Origin: Nostoc sp.
GTDB lineage: Bacteria > Cyanobacteriota > Cyanobacteriia > Cyanobacteriales > Nostocaceae
DNA: 64,000 nucleotides
Assembly: GCA_036918135.1 (NCBI GenBank)
Contig: JBALDB010000056.1
Span: 384,001 to 448,000, forward strand
Direction of reading: 5' to 3'
In this document: one piece after another, positions 52,976-62,907 of the stretch
Numbering within the stretch: position 1 is the stretch's first letter
Layout of the letters: every line of letters begins with the position of its first letter
Notes under the pieces: model-generated
Databases searched by the model: none
The model's input: only the letters and a program-made list of their open reading frames with translations
What the model was told of the DNA's origin: nothing
Translations under genes and position numbers: made by a program

Positions 52976-55303
52976 TTATGAGATAGCTTTTGCTTGAAAG
53001 TTACGCAATCTTAGGGCATTGCTAACAACAGAAAGCGAAGAAAGCGCCATCGCGGCTCCGGCAATAATGGGATTGAGTAACCAACCAAAGATTGGGAAGA
53101 GAATTCCAGCAGCAATAGGAATGCCAATAATGTTGTAAATAAAAGCAAAAAAGAGATTTTGCTTGATATTGTTGATAGTAGCGCGACTGAGTTGAATAGC
53201 GGTTACAATTCCTTGTAAATCTCCAGAAACTAGGGTGATATCGCTAGCAGCGATCGCCACATCTGTTCCTGTACCGATGGCAATCCCCACGTCAGCCTGT
53301 GCTAGTGCTGGCGCATCATTGATGCCATCACCTACCATTGCTACCAGAGATTGGGGATTGAGTCTTGGGGATTGGGTATTGGGAAGAATTTTTTCTAGTC
53401 GCCAGTTCCTAGTCCCCAGTCCCTCTTTTTGCAGAGATTGAATAATCGCCGCTTTTCCATCGGGACGGACTTCGGCAAATACTCGTTTGATACCAACTTG
53501 CTCGGCGATCGCTTGGGCTGTTTTCTGATTATCTCCGGTAAGCATGACTACTTCTAAACCCAACTTCTGTAGTGCTTTGACTACTGCTGTGGATGAAGGT
53601 TTGAGGGCATCGGCAATACCCATTACTGCTTGAATTTCGCCATCTACGGTGATGAAAATCACTGTTTTGCCAGCAGTTTCCCATACATTTTTATACTGCT
53701 GGAGAGTCCTAGTGTTAATTTCGAGTTCAGCCAACCAGCGTTGGCTACCAATTTGCACCAAGCGATCGCCAACAACTGCTTGCACGCCACTACCTGCAAT
53801 TGCTTGAAAGTTCTTCGCCTCTGTTAAACTCACCTCTTGAGACTGGGCATATCTGACAACAGCCGAGGCTAAGGGATGTTCAGAATTTCGTTCTACCGTT
53901 GCTGCTAACTGTAAAAGCTTGAGTTCGTTACCATTGGCTGTGCCGTTGACAGTGATAAAATCTGTAACTGTAGGTTTACCCACAGTTAAAGTACCAGTTT
54001 TATCTAAAACGATGGTTTGGATTTTGTGTGCGAGTTCTAAGCTGTCTGCGCCTTTAATCAAAATGCCATTTTCTGCACCTTTGCCGGTTCCCACCATTAC
54101 AGAAGTCGGGGTAGCTAAACCCAAAGCACAAGGACAAGCGATAATCAGTACACCTACCGTTGTCATTGTGGCTAGGGTGAAGTTGCCTGTAAAGCTAAAC
54201 CAAATTACAAAAGTGGCGATCGCAATGGCAATCACAACTGGTACAAACCATCCTGTCACTCGATCTGCCAAGCGCTGAATTGGTGCTTTAGAACCTTGTG
54301 CTTGTTGCACTAGTTTGACAATTTGAGCCAAAAACGTATCTTTTCCGACTCGTGTCGCCCGAAACTGAAATGCACCCGCACCGTTTATCGTCGCCCCAAT
54401 CACCTCATCTCCTGGTTGCTTTTTGACTGGCAAACTTTCACCGGTCACCATCGCTTCATCTACTGTGGAAACACCTGTAATGATTTCGCCATCTACTGGA
54501 ATCTTTTCACCGGGACGCACCAAAATCACATCGTTGATTCTGACTTTGGCGATGGGAACATCAATTTCCACACCGTTACGGATGACTCTGGCATCTCTGG
54601 CTTGGAGTCCCATAAGTTTGCGGATAGCTTCAGAAGTTTGTCCTTTGGCGCGATTTTCCAATAATCGCCCCAGTAAAATTAAACTAATGACAATGGCGGC
54701 AACTTCATAATAAACATGAACAATCAAACCTTGAGCAATAAAAAATCCAGGGAAAACGGTAATAAACAAAGAATATAGATATGCCGCACTTGTACCCAAA
54801 CTAATCAGCGTGTCCATTGTCGCCGTATGGCGCTTGAAAGCTTTCCAGCCATTGCGGTAAAAAGAGCCACCACACCAAAACACAACGGGTGTTGTCAGCA
54901 CCAGCTGTAGCCAAGGATTCTCCAGGAAACTGGGAATCAAAGGTAAATTCACCCCAATCATCATCGGCAGCGATCCCAAAAATAGGAAACTACTGATTAC
55001 GCCTCCTACTATTACTTTCTGGGATAGTTCGCGTTGTTTTGCTTGTCTAGTTGCTGTCTCCAGATCATTTTCTTGAGACAGCATTTCTTCTGCGAGTGAG
55101 TAGGAAGAGTAACCCGCCGCCGCGATCGCCGCTTGGATTTTCTCTAGATTAGTGAGAGAGCGATCGTAATTGATGGCGGCTTGCTCTGCTCCAAAGTTAA
55201 CGTTACAGTCACTTACTCCAGGAACCGAGCGAATCGCCTTTTCGACGTTATTGGCGCAAGCGGCGCAACTCATGCCTCGAAGTTTGAGTGTAAGAGTATC
55301 CAT
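52976..55303 (-). CDS. copA: Cu(I)-translocating P1B-type ATPase
   Basis: [33 protein letters not shown] and MALSS motifs. Confidence 0.95.
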   Translation of the reverse strand: MDTLTLKLRGMSCAACANNVEKAIRSVPGVSDCNVNFGAEQAAINYDRSLTNLEKIQAAIAAAGYSSYSLAEEMLSQENDLETATRQAKQRELSQKVIVGGVISSFLFLGSLPMMIGVNLPLIPSFLENPWLQLVLTTPVVFWCGGSFYRNGWKAFKRHTATMDTLISLGTSAAYLYSLFITVFPGFFIAQGLIVHVYYEVAAIVISLILLGRLLENRAKGQTSEAIRKLMGLQARDARVIRNGVEIDVPIAKVRINDVILVRPGEKIPVDGEIITGVSTVDEAMVTGESLPVKKQPGDEVIGATINGAGAFQFRATRVGKDTFLAQIVKLVQQAQGSKAPIQRLADRVTGWFVPVVIAIAIATFVIWFSFTGNFTLATMTTVGVLIIACPCALGLATPTSVMVGTGKGAENGILIKGADSLELAHKIQTIVLDKTGTLTVGKPTVTDFITVNGTANGNELKLLQLAATVERNSEHPLASAVVRYAQSQEVSLTEAKNFQAIAGSGVQAVVGDRLVQIGSQRWLAELEINTRTLQQYKNVWETAGKTVIFITVDGEIQAVMGIADALKPSSTAVVKALQKLGLEVVMLTGDNQKTAQAIAEQVGIKRVFAEVRPDGKAAIIQSLQKEGLGTRNWRLEKILPNTQSPRLNPQSLVAMVGDGINDAPALAQADVGIAIGTGTDVAIAASDITLVSGDLQGIVTAIQLSRATINNIKQNLFFAFIYNIIGIPIAAGILFPIFGWLLNPIIAGAAMALSSLSVVSNALRLRNFQAKAIS

Positions 55304-55399
55304 ATTGGGGATTGGGAATTGGGGACGGAGATTGAGGAATAGGGAGATGGGGAGAAGTTGCAGCAGTTTTTCCCCTCTGCCCCTCTGCCCCCATCCTCT

Positions 55400-55594
55400 C
55401 TAAGCGACTGGATAGCCAGCAGCAGCTAAGGCTTCCTTAATCGCTGTCTCTGATGCTTGAGTTTCTACGCTGACAAGCTTGGTTGTTGGATCGGCCTGAA
55501 TGCTAGCATTGGCATCGACCGCATGGAGTGCTTTGGTAATAGTACTCGCACAAGCAGAACAAGCCATATTGGGAACTGTGAGTTGGAAAGTCAT
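55400..55594 (-). CDS. Copper chaperone (HMA domain, CopZ/Atx1-like)
   Basis: MACSAC motif, 64 aa, directly upstream of copA. Confidence 0.92.
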   Translation of the reverse strand: MTFQLTVPNMACSACASTITKALHAVDANASIQADPTTKLVSVETQASETAIKEALAAAGYPVA

Positions 55595-55704
55595 AGATTT
55601 ACGGGATAAAATGAACAACCTCGCCACACCAAGCTGGATGACTGGGACGTATATCTTACACCTCAGAAATTTCTGATTTCTGGCTGAAGAATCGCCTTGA
55701 ATTT

Positions 55705-55736
55705 ATCCTAAACTCTCCACTCGGGTGGAGAGTCTA
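55705..55736 (-). promoter_or_regulatory. MerR/CueR-type promoter and operator for copZ-copA
   Basis: Minus strand TAGACT-N20-TAGGAT with dyad ACTCTCCAC-N4-GTGGAGAGT spanning the long spacer. Confidence 0.8.
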
Positions 55737-55960
55737 GAGATTTTTAAAAGTTTCAAAAATACAAAATACTACAAAGACTTGTCATCAGATGAAAGTGTGT
55801 GTTATCAAGTGATATAACCACATTAATTAAAATTAACCCTTGTTTTCCCCACAATTGTCGGAAAACAACCCTCCCTACCACTAGACGCGGCTGCTGAACC
55901 CAAGTCTTGTTATCTCTTCACAATAAAGGGTCTTTTTTAAGACTCAATTTTGGAGTTTTC

Positions 55961-57400
55961 ATGCAGCCAAAAAATTTAAAACGTCTCCTGCGTGCTTTAG
56001 GGCGGCAGGGTTTGGATGTAACTTACAATAATCAGACTTATTGTGTCGGTCTAACTAATTTTGCTGATGCTCCTATAGCAGAAGTCCTATTACCGAAAGA
56101 CTTCCCCGTAGAAGCTAAGGCGCTCAAGCAGTTAGCGAATTTGGCAAGCGTCCGCCACCCATCGGGTGGATGTGTGTGTCGTGCCTGTGCTACGCCTGAC
56201 TTTCACCCCGGTGATGCGGGGGTTGCTATTGGTTCAGTTGTAGAAACTGTTGGTCAAGTAATTCCTAGTGCTGTCGGTTCTGACATCAATTGTGGAATGC
56301 GCCTGCATGTTGCTAATTTGACAATCGAGGAATTCCTCGCAAAGCGTGACCAATTCGTAGAACAGATGAAGGGAGATTACTTCTTTGGTACGCGTGATGT
56401 AACGATGACTGCTCAGGCAATGCAAGCTTTATTTCAGTACGGAGTTCCTGGTTGGCTGGATGCCATGCTAGATCGACCTACAGGGAGTGTAGTTAAGTCT
56501 GACTTGCAACAACTTGCCGAAGAAAGCGAACGCATCTTCTTAGGTGGTTCAATGGATGGTAACTGGAAACTCGCACCTGAAGAATTGGTTCCTGATGCTG
56601 GACTAGTGCGCGATGGCGGACTGGCAACCATCGGCGGCGGTAATCATTTTGTAGAAGTGCAGCGAGTTGATAAAGTCGAAAATCGTACGCTTGCCCATGC
56701 TTGGGGAGTACGCGAGGGACAGCTGGCTTTTATGATTCACTCTGGTTCTCGGAATGTGGGTAAGTACATCGGGGGAATGTGGCGAGATAAAGCTAAGGCA
56801 GCTTGGCAAAAAGGTTTGAAATATCCAGATTCTCAGATTTTTCCTCTTTCTACTTCTTCTCATCCCGAACTAGTAACGAGTTACCTGCAAGCTGAGGCAA
56901 CAGCTGCTAACTATGGCTTTGTTAATCGCCTGCTGTTAGCGGAACTGCTGCGTTTGCGTTTGCGAGAAGTATACAAAGATGTGGAAGCACCTCTAGTTTA
57001 TGACTTACCCCACAACATCACTTTGCCAGAAGGTGAAGGATGGGTAACACGTAAAGGCGCTTGTCCCGCATATCCAGGGCAACCAGTGATTATCCCTGGT
57101 TCAATGGGTGCTTACTCTTATTTAATGGTGGGCAGAGGTAATCCAGCATTTTGTAATTCTGCTTCACATGGGGCGGGAAGAATTCGTTCTCGTTTTGACC
57201 TCAATCGCAGAGGTGCATCCCAAAGTGAGGCAGAACTGGGATTAACTGGAGTAAACTGCATCACCTTGCGTCAAGAACGCCGTATTGAAGAAGCACCCGC
57301 AGCTTACAAACCGATTCAGTCTGTGATTAATGTTCAAGTTGAGGCAGGAATAGTAGATGTTGTGGCGCGGTTGAGTCCAGTATTGACGTTTAAGGCCTAA
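55961..57400 (+). CDS. rtcB: RtcB family RNA 3'-phosphate ligase
   Basis: PDFHPG, GSDINCG, GGGNHF, HSGSR, HN, RKGA, PGSMG, HGAGR, EEAP.AYK; GGAG RBS before ATG 55961. Confidence 0.93.
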   Translation: MQPKNLKRLLRALGRQGLDVTYNNQTYCVGLTNFADAPIAEVLLPKDFPVEAKALKQLANLASVRHPSGGCVCRACATPDFHPGDAGVAIGSVVETVGQVIPSAVGSDINCGMRLHVANLTIEEFLAKRDQFVEQMKGDYFFGTRDVTMTAQAMQALFQYGVPGWLDAMLDRPTGSVVKSDLQQLAEESERIFLGGSMDGNWKLAPEELVPDAGLVRDGGLATIGGGNHFVEVQRVDKVENRTLAHAWGVREGQLAFMIHSGSRNVGKYIGGMWRDKAKAAWQKGLKYPDSQIFPLSTSSHPELVTSYLQAEATAANYGFVNRLLLAELLRLRLREVYKDVEAPLVYDLPHNITLPEGEGWVTRKGACPAYPGQPVIIPGSMGAYSYLMVGRGNPAFCNSASHGAGRIRSRFDLNRRGASQSEAELGLTGVNCITLRQERRIEEAPAAYKPIQSVINVQVEAGIVDVVARLSPVLTFKA

Positions 57401-57454
57401 AGCCTTATTAAAGGTTAACTGATGACTGTTAACTGTCAACCATCAACGTGAAAT

Positions 57455-57486
57455 CTCATCCCTTTCCTTTTTAGAAGTGGGATGAG
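57455..57486. terminator. Hairpin between convergent rtcB and oxidoreductase genes
   Basis: CTCATCCC...GGGATGAG. Confidence 0.5.
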
Positions 57487-57499
57487 CTTAACTCTTAAT

Positions 57500-58378
57500 T
57501 CATAAAGTTTCTTGGGAAAGGGTAGTAATTATGTCTGGTAGCGGCCGATCGCCATTGCTCTCTTCCGGAGTTTCCCTACCCAAAGATGTTTCTTTGACTA
57601 ACCGATAAACATCGGCTGCTCCTTGAAAAATCTGCTCTGTCAAATCTAAGGCTTCAAATGTGTCTGCAATCTCTTCCATTTCTCCCACCCATCGATGTGC
57701 TTTTGGTGTCATAGATGGCAGGGAATGAGTAAGTATTTTTGCTAGTTCTGGCTGGCTACTGGACACTTCAGCCCACAGTTCTTGGTCTAAACCTAAGCGA
57801 TGAGCTGCAATCAGCAATTCTGTACCGATTGCTGTTAATCCTTTTGTCAGTGCTGCGTAGCACATTTTTAACCCTGAAGCCTGACCAATTTCATCGCCAA
57901 TCACCCGCACATCTAATCCATAGTCTCGCAATTGTTCGAGTTCAACTGCCTGTTTTCCAGATACATAGATGCGGGTGCGATTGGGAACTCGTGGAGGCGG
58001 GCCAATGATTGATGCATCGATAAATTGTCCGCCGTTTGATTCAATTATTTGGGCAATGTTTCTAACCTTTTGCGGTGCGATCGCGTTGGCGTCAACGTAT
58101 AAAATGCTTTTACCAACGCTGCCTATTGCTTGAGCTACTTTTTCTGCTGCCTCTGTAGCAGCAGCGGGAACTAGCACAGACAGAACTACATCGGATTCGA
58201 TCGCTAATTGTTTGAGCGAACCAACATCTCCGATATTGGCTGCTGCGGCTAATTGTCGAGTGCGATCGCTTCGGTCGTCCAACGCCGCAATCGTCTTCAA
58301 TCCATGTTGATTGAGTACAGTAGCGATCGCTTGCCCCATGTCGCCCGGACTTAAAATACCAACAGTTTGAATTTGCAT
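57500..58378 (-). CDS. NAD(P)-dependent oxidoreductase (6PGD/HIBADH-like with DUF1932-type C-terminus)
   Basis: GILSPGDMG, DASIIGPPP, ASGLKMCYA..TKG, RWVGEMEEI. Confidence 0.88.
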   Translation of the reverse strand: MQIQTVGILSPGDMGQAIATVLNQHGLKTIAALDDRSDRTRQLAAAANIGDVGSLKQLAIESDVVLSVLVPAAATEAAEKVAQAIGSVGKSILYVDANAIAPQKVRNIAQIIESNGGQFIDASIIGPPPRVPNRTRIYVSGKQAVELEQLRDYGLDVRVIGDEIGQASGLKMCYAALTKGLTAIGTELLIAAHRLGLDQELWAEVSSSQPELAKILTHSLPSMTPKAHRWVGEMEEIADTFEALDLTEQIFQGAADVYRLVKETSLGRETPEESNGDRPLPDIITTLSQETL

Positions 58379-58566
58379 AGCAAACCTGATTCCAAAATGC
58401 GCTCAAAGAGTACTGATGTGACCCTTTGTCTGGGCATCCAGTACTCCTTGTTAGCATAGGTGGGGAGATTGAGTTATGAAATAAAATACAGTAATTTGAT
58501 TGAGTTACCGTATTTTGTCTAAATACCAACTTATCACAAATTCATCTCAGGAAGCAAGCTATTGCA

Positions 58567-59182
58567 GTGAAGCTGACAATCAGACTAGCCGATGAAAACG
58601 ATGCATCACAAATGCTCTTAATTTATGCACCAATTGTTCAGGAAACCACAATTTCCTTTGAATTACAACCCCCCAGCGAAACGGAGTTTCAAAACCGGAT
58701 TAAGAACTATCAACAGCAGATGCCTTGGCTAGTTTGCGAAATTAATGGTGAAGCTGGCTACGCTTATGCTAATCCTTATCGTACCCGTGCAGCTTACCAA
58801 TGGTCTGTAGAATCATCTGTGTACGTTGGTGAGAATCATCACCGAAAAGGAGTTGCTAAAGCTTTGTATACGACACTGTTTAAGTTACTGCAACTCCAAG
58901 GATTTTATAACGTTGTAGCTGCGATCGCTTTACCCAATCAACCCAGTGTGACTGTACATGAAGCTGTTGGGTTTGTACCTGTAGGAGTTTTTCAGCGAGT
59001 CTGATTTAAATTTGGTAAGTGGCGTGATGTAGGTTACTGGCAATTATCTCTACAACCAGAGCAATGTTTCTTAAGTGATGGCGATTGAACTTATAAATTC
59101 ACCTGTTTCTGTCTCAGAAATACAAAAATCGCCTTTGTGGGATCAAGCTTTAACAAATGGACTGTTGTTGGTGCGAGTTTAA
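58567..59182 (+). pseudogene. Phosphinothricin/arsinothricin-type GNAT acetyltransferase, disrupted
   Basis: TISFE..PP, R.AYQWSVE.SVY; in-frame TGA at 59002 where Gly is expected, followed by FKFGKWRDVGYWQL; the tail continues in another frame. Confidence 0.8.
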
Positions 59183-59292
59183 CTACAAAATTTCACAAGT
59201 TCTTTATTGAACAATGCCCCAGCAGCACTTCTAATTGCAGCGTCATGATTAATAAGCGTATCGTCAAGGTCAAAAAGTACAGCTTTAATCAT
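59179..59292 (-). pseudogene. HAD-family hydrolase N-terminal fragment (37 aa)
   Basis: MIKAVLFDLDDTLINHD = HAD motif I, then an early stop. Confidence 0.7.
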
Positions 59293-59328
59293 GTAGCTAA
59301 CTATACGTAATAGAACAAACATAAAATT

Positions 59329-60535
59329 ATGTCAGAAATTGCTGATTTATCTGCATCTCAACTGTTGTCACTATACCGCGATCGCCAATTATCTACCAGT
59401 TGAAGCCACTAAAGCCACCCTAGAACGGATCGATACTTACAATAGCTCAGTTAATGCCTTTGCGATCATCGATCAAAAGACAGCTCTTGTTGAAGCTCAG
59501 GCTTCAGAAGTACGCTGGCTCAATGGTAATCCCCTTGGCTTGGTGGATGATATACCCTTTACTGCCAAAGATTTATTGTTAACTAAGGGTTTACCAACGC
59601 ACCGGGGAAGTAAAGCGATTATTGCCAATCAACCTTGGGAAGAAGATGCACCTGCGGTAGCTTGTTTCCGGGAACAGGGAGCGGTACTACTCGGAAAAAC
59701 CACAACTTCAGAATTTGGCTGGAAGGGTGTCACCGATAGTGCCCTGACTGGTATTACCCGCAATCCTTGGAATACAGAACTGACTGCCAAAGGTAGTAGC
59801 GGTGGGGCAGCTGTGGCTGCTGCATTAGGAATGGGTATTCTTCACCTGGGTACAGATGGCGGCGGCTCATCAAGAACATCGGCGGCTTTAACAGGAGTGT
59901 TTGGTTTCAAGCCTACTTTTGGGCGCGTAGCTGGTTATCCATCAGCCCATACTGGAACTTTGTTTTATATTGGCGTTCTTGTTCGTACTGTTACCGATGC
60001 AGCAGTCACGTTAAATGTTATTGCCCATCCTGATGTTCGTGATTGGTATGCTCTACCAGATGAGCAACAAGACTATACTGTGGATTTAGATCGGGGTGTA
60101 GCTGGATTGCGAATTGCTTACAGTCCGAACTTTGGATATGCCGATGTCGATTCGGAAGTAGCTGCCTTAGTTAGAGCCGCAGTCGATGTTTTTGCCAAAC
60201 TCGGTGCTGTTGTTGAGCAAGTCGATCCTGGTTTTGCCAATCCCCGCAGTATTTTTCAAACCTTCTGGCAAGTGGGTGCAGCGAAGCTACTGCGCGGCTT
60301 TAGTTCAGAACAACGAGCTGCGATTGAACAAGGATTGCAGGCTACTGCTAAAGAAGGCGATCGCATTACTCTATCAGAATACATCAGCGCTCAGGATGCT
60401 CGTGAAGCTTTAGGAAGACATTCGCAACGCTTTCATGAAAACTATGATTTGTACAGTACTTGTCCCCTTATAAAATACTGTTTGTCTACCGATTTTACGG
60501 TGTTTATTTTAGAAGTATTACATAGCTATGAGTAA
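59329..60535 (+). pseudogene. Amidase signature family gene, frameshifted and 3'-truncated
   Basis: True start MSEIADLSASQLLSLYRDRQLS is out of frame with PVEATKA (extra A near 59395); KD, GSSGG, GTDGGGS motifs; homology ends at HENYDL (~60450). Confidence 0.8.
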
Positions 60536-60814
60536 AATTCAAGTCCTTAGACAACAAATATATGATTGTTTAAATTTAAGTAAAACTAATAATTAGCTTA
60601 GCTAAGTATACTCTAATTATTATACGCACCATTATATAAAGGCTAAAAAGGACTAGGCATGTGAGGAGGCAAAGGAGATGGAGGAAAACTCTTCGCTCAT
60701 CTGGCTTGTCTTTCCCAGTTACTTTTGATAGATAATCTAGGCAATCGCTCTTTACCTTTGACTGGACAATGAGTGCACAGACAACAATGCGATCGCCGCA
60801 CTTTACAGGCAAAC

Positions 60815-60895
60815 AAAAACCCCCGGTCTAATCAACACCAGGGGTATCCATCTTTATTCCCTGATACTACAATCGCATCTGTCAGGCTATGATAC
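60815..60895 (-). ncRNA. Candidate small RNA, type B copy 1 (terminator 60815-60845)
   Basis: Minus-strand hairpin ACCCCTGGT-N9-ACCGGGGGT followed by a T-run; 5' part AGCCTG shared with the 61758 unit. Confidence 0.35.
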
Positions 60896-60950
60896 ATGGG
60901 CACTCATGCAATAAAAGCATAATATTGATGATGATTTTGCAATCTATTTC

Positions 60951-61365
60951 AAAAAAAAAGGCTTAGCTCAGTGCTAATCCTTAATATATTTAGTATTTAA
61001 AAATACATTTCACATTAATTTAGACTTACTTTTGCTTTAGTTTATCTTCCTATAAACTGTATCCAAATATTTTAAAGCCGATCGACAACTACTTAATAAA
61101 TTATAATAAAAGGCTTGGCTAAGCCAAGCCTCTATATATACCAAGCATTTACTACACCAAGATTAATTTAGACTTACTCTTACTTTAGTTCATCTTCCTA
61201 TAGGCTGTGTCCAAATATTGGGAAATCTGATATACCATTTTCTGCTTATTAATAAAAAAGGTTTGGCTCTAAACCAAACCTAAATAATTGCTGTGCTTAA
61301 CAACGTACTAAATTAATTTAGTTCTACTATATTTACAGATCATCATCCTAAAGAATATGTCTAAA
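60951..61365 (-). repeat. Three tandem ~150-bp units (promoter-like block + variable segment + intrinsic terminator); candidate sRNA genes A1-A3
   Basis: Hairpins AGG(C/T)TT(A/G)GC..(A)ANCCT at 60959, 61111, 61259; TTAATTTAG at 61015, 61163, 61313; (C/T)ATC(T/A)TCCTA at 61043, 61191, 61341. Confidence 0.8.
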
Positions 61366-61757
61366 CATCATAAAATTTGATATCTAATTATTTTGTCATA
61401 ATCTTGACATATTTACTTTAAGTATATATAAAAATATGCGATTAAAGTACCTTAAGTACAAAAAAGAACTATCAACTATTTTGTATAAAGTAATTATATA
61501 ACTTCGTACTAAGAGCATGTTTTAAAAGTTAAAATATATACTTAAAACCTCACTTCAATTCCTCTCAAGAGCACGAGAGAAACTTTGAAACACTCATGGG
61601 AGGAAATCCCAAGACCGGACTGGCTCTTCCGTCCCTAGACAAATAAGTTCAAAAATTAAAATAGATTACTATAAGACACATACTTGTGCCAATACTAAGT
61701 ATAAACAGAATTTCTAACAGATAGGTTTGAAAGTCTCTCTTTGGCTTATATCAGATT

Positions 61758-61865
61758 AAAAAAAAACCCTGGAATAATATCCAGGGTACATACACGTTTT
61801 TCAGGCATTAACAGGCTGAATATTAACTCTGGAAAATAGTTATTTCTACTATCCTTAGAATGATA
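61758..61865 (-). ncRNA. Candidate small RNA, type B copy 2 (terminator 61758-61787)
   Basis: Minus-strand ACCCTGGA-N6-TCCAGGGT followed by a T-run; upstream CTATCCTTAGAATGAT motif. Confidence 0.35.
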
Positions 61866-62294
61866 GGAAAATTGCTTTCTCTATGATATACACGTCTTTT
61901 TGATGCATGGTCTATTTCTATATAGTATTTTAATGAATTTTTATATTCCTTTAGTAAGGTGTCAAACATTTTGTAACTTGATATTAATCTTTTTTAATTA
62001 TTCCTTACACGTTTATCAATAACTCGTACTAGCCCAGTCCATTAGCGAGGCAGAAACTATAGCTGTTGTTATCTAGAGGAATTTGATGTGATTTATCAAC
62101 TTACCTGTGTAGGCAAGCAAAAGGCACTCTTGCAAGAGGGTTATGGAAGATTAAAGTGTACAAAATTTTTTTATTCAAATAGGATTGCTATGCCTTAGAT
62201 AAGAGGTAATTAATACTTTCCCATTTTCTATTGCCTAGTTTTATAAGTAAATTCTTTAAATCAATGCGGATAACTATAGTAACTTGAGTTAATC

Positions 62295-62550
62295 AAGAAA
62301 GGCTTGGTTATTAACCAAGCCTTAGGTAAGAGTAGAGTCTATCAGCAGAATTTAGTCAATTTAGTTGATAAATACATCTGTCTTTAGAGAGTATACGAAG
62401 ATTTTATATAAGTATTGAACAAAACTATAGTAATAATAAAAAAGGCTTAGCTGAACGCTAAACCTCCATAGAAAGCAGTTATTCGACACACCAGAATTAA
62501 TTTAAACTTAGTCTTAATTATAATCATCTTCCTCTAGGATGTATCTAATA
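62295..62550 (-). repeat. Two more units of the same family (A4, A5)
   Basis: Hairpins at 62299 and 62443; AATTTA boxes at 62349 and 62499; CATCT motifs at 62375 and 62525, at the same spacing as in A1-A3. Confidence 0.75.
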
Positions 62551-62749
62551 ATTATGGAATATGATAATACTTACATCAATAATCTAATTAAGAATCTAAA
62601 CATCCTAAGACATAATTTTTATAAATATAAAGTTTAAAACAAAAATTTTTTTACATTTACATATTGGTTAAAGAATAATAAGTGTATATTCATTAAAAAA
62701 ATTACAAAAATATGTATTGTAGTTTGAAATAAGTCAGGAGTTAAATTAT

Positions 62750-62871
62750 GGCGCTGCTAAATTCAGGTATGAATTTACCTCAGGCAGAGACGCAGCGGAA
62801 AGTCTGAGGCGCACAAAGCAAGAGTTTGAGATATTGAGTTTTCAAATTTCATACTTCAATTCAGCAACGCC
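62750..62871. mobile_element. 122-bp MITE
   Basis: 24-bp imperfect TIRs GGCGCTGCTAAATTCAGGTATGAA / TTCATACTTCAATTCAGCAACGCC; no ORF. Confidence 0.8.
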
Positions 62872-62907
62872 GATTTTTTTTACAAGCAATTAGGCAAATA
62901 AATAATA

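Noticed and set aside
53345..53425. Novel domain inserted in CopA
   Set aside because: Consists of heptamer STRR-type repeats translated in frame, which is common in Nostocales genes.
59002..59004. Selenocysteine or programmed readthrough at the in-frame TGA of the GNAT gene
   Set aside because: The position corresponds to a Gly (GGA->TGA), not Cys; the gene has another frameshift and lies among pseudogenes.
60951..62550. CRISPR array
   Set aside because: Period is ~150 bp, repeats are degenerate and split into promoter-like and terminator-like blocks, and no cas genes are in the window.
60951..62550. NsiR1 or Yfr1 sRNA
   Set aside because: No hetF neighbour, no TCCGGA DIF1 motif in the units, and no ACTCCTCACAC Yfr1 motif.
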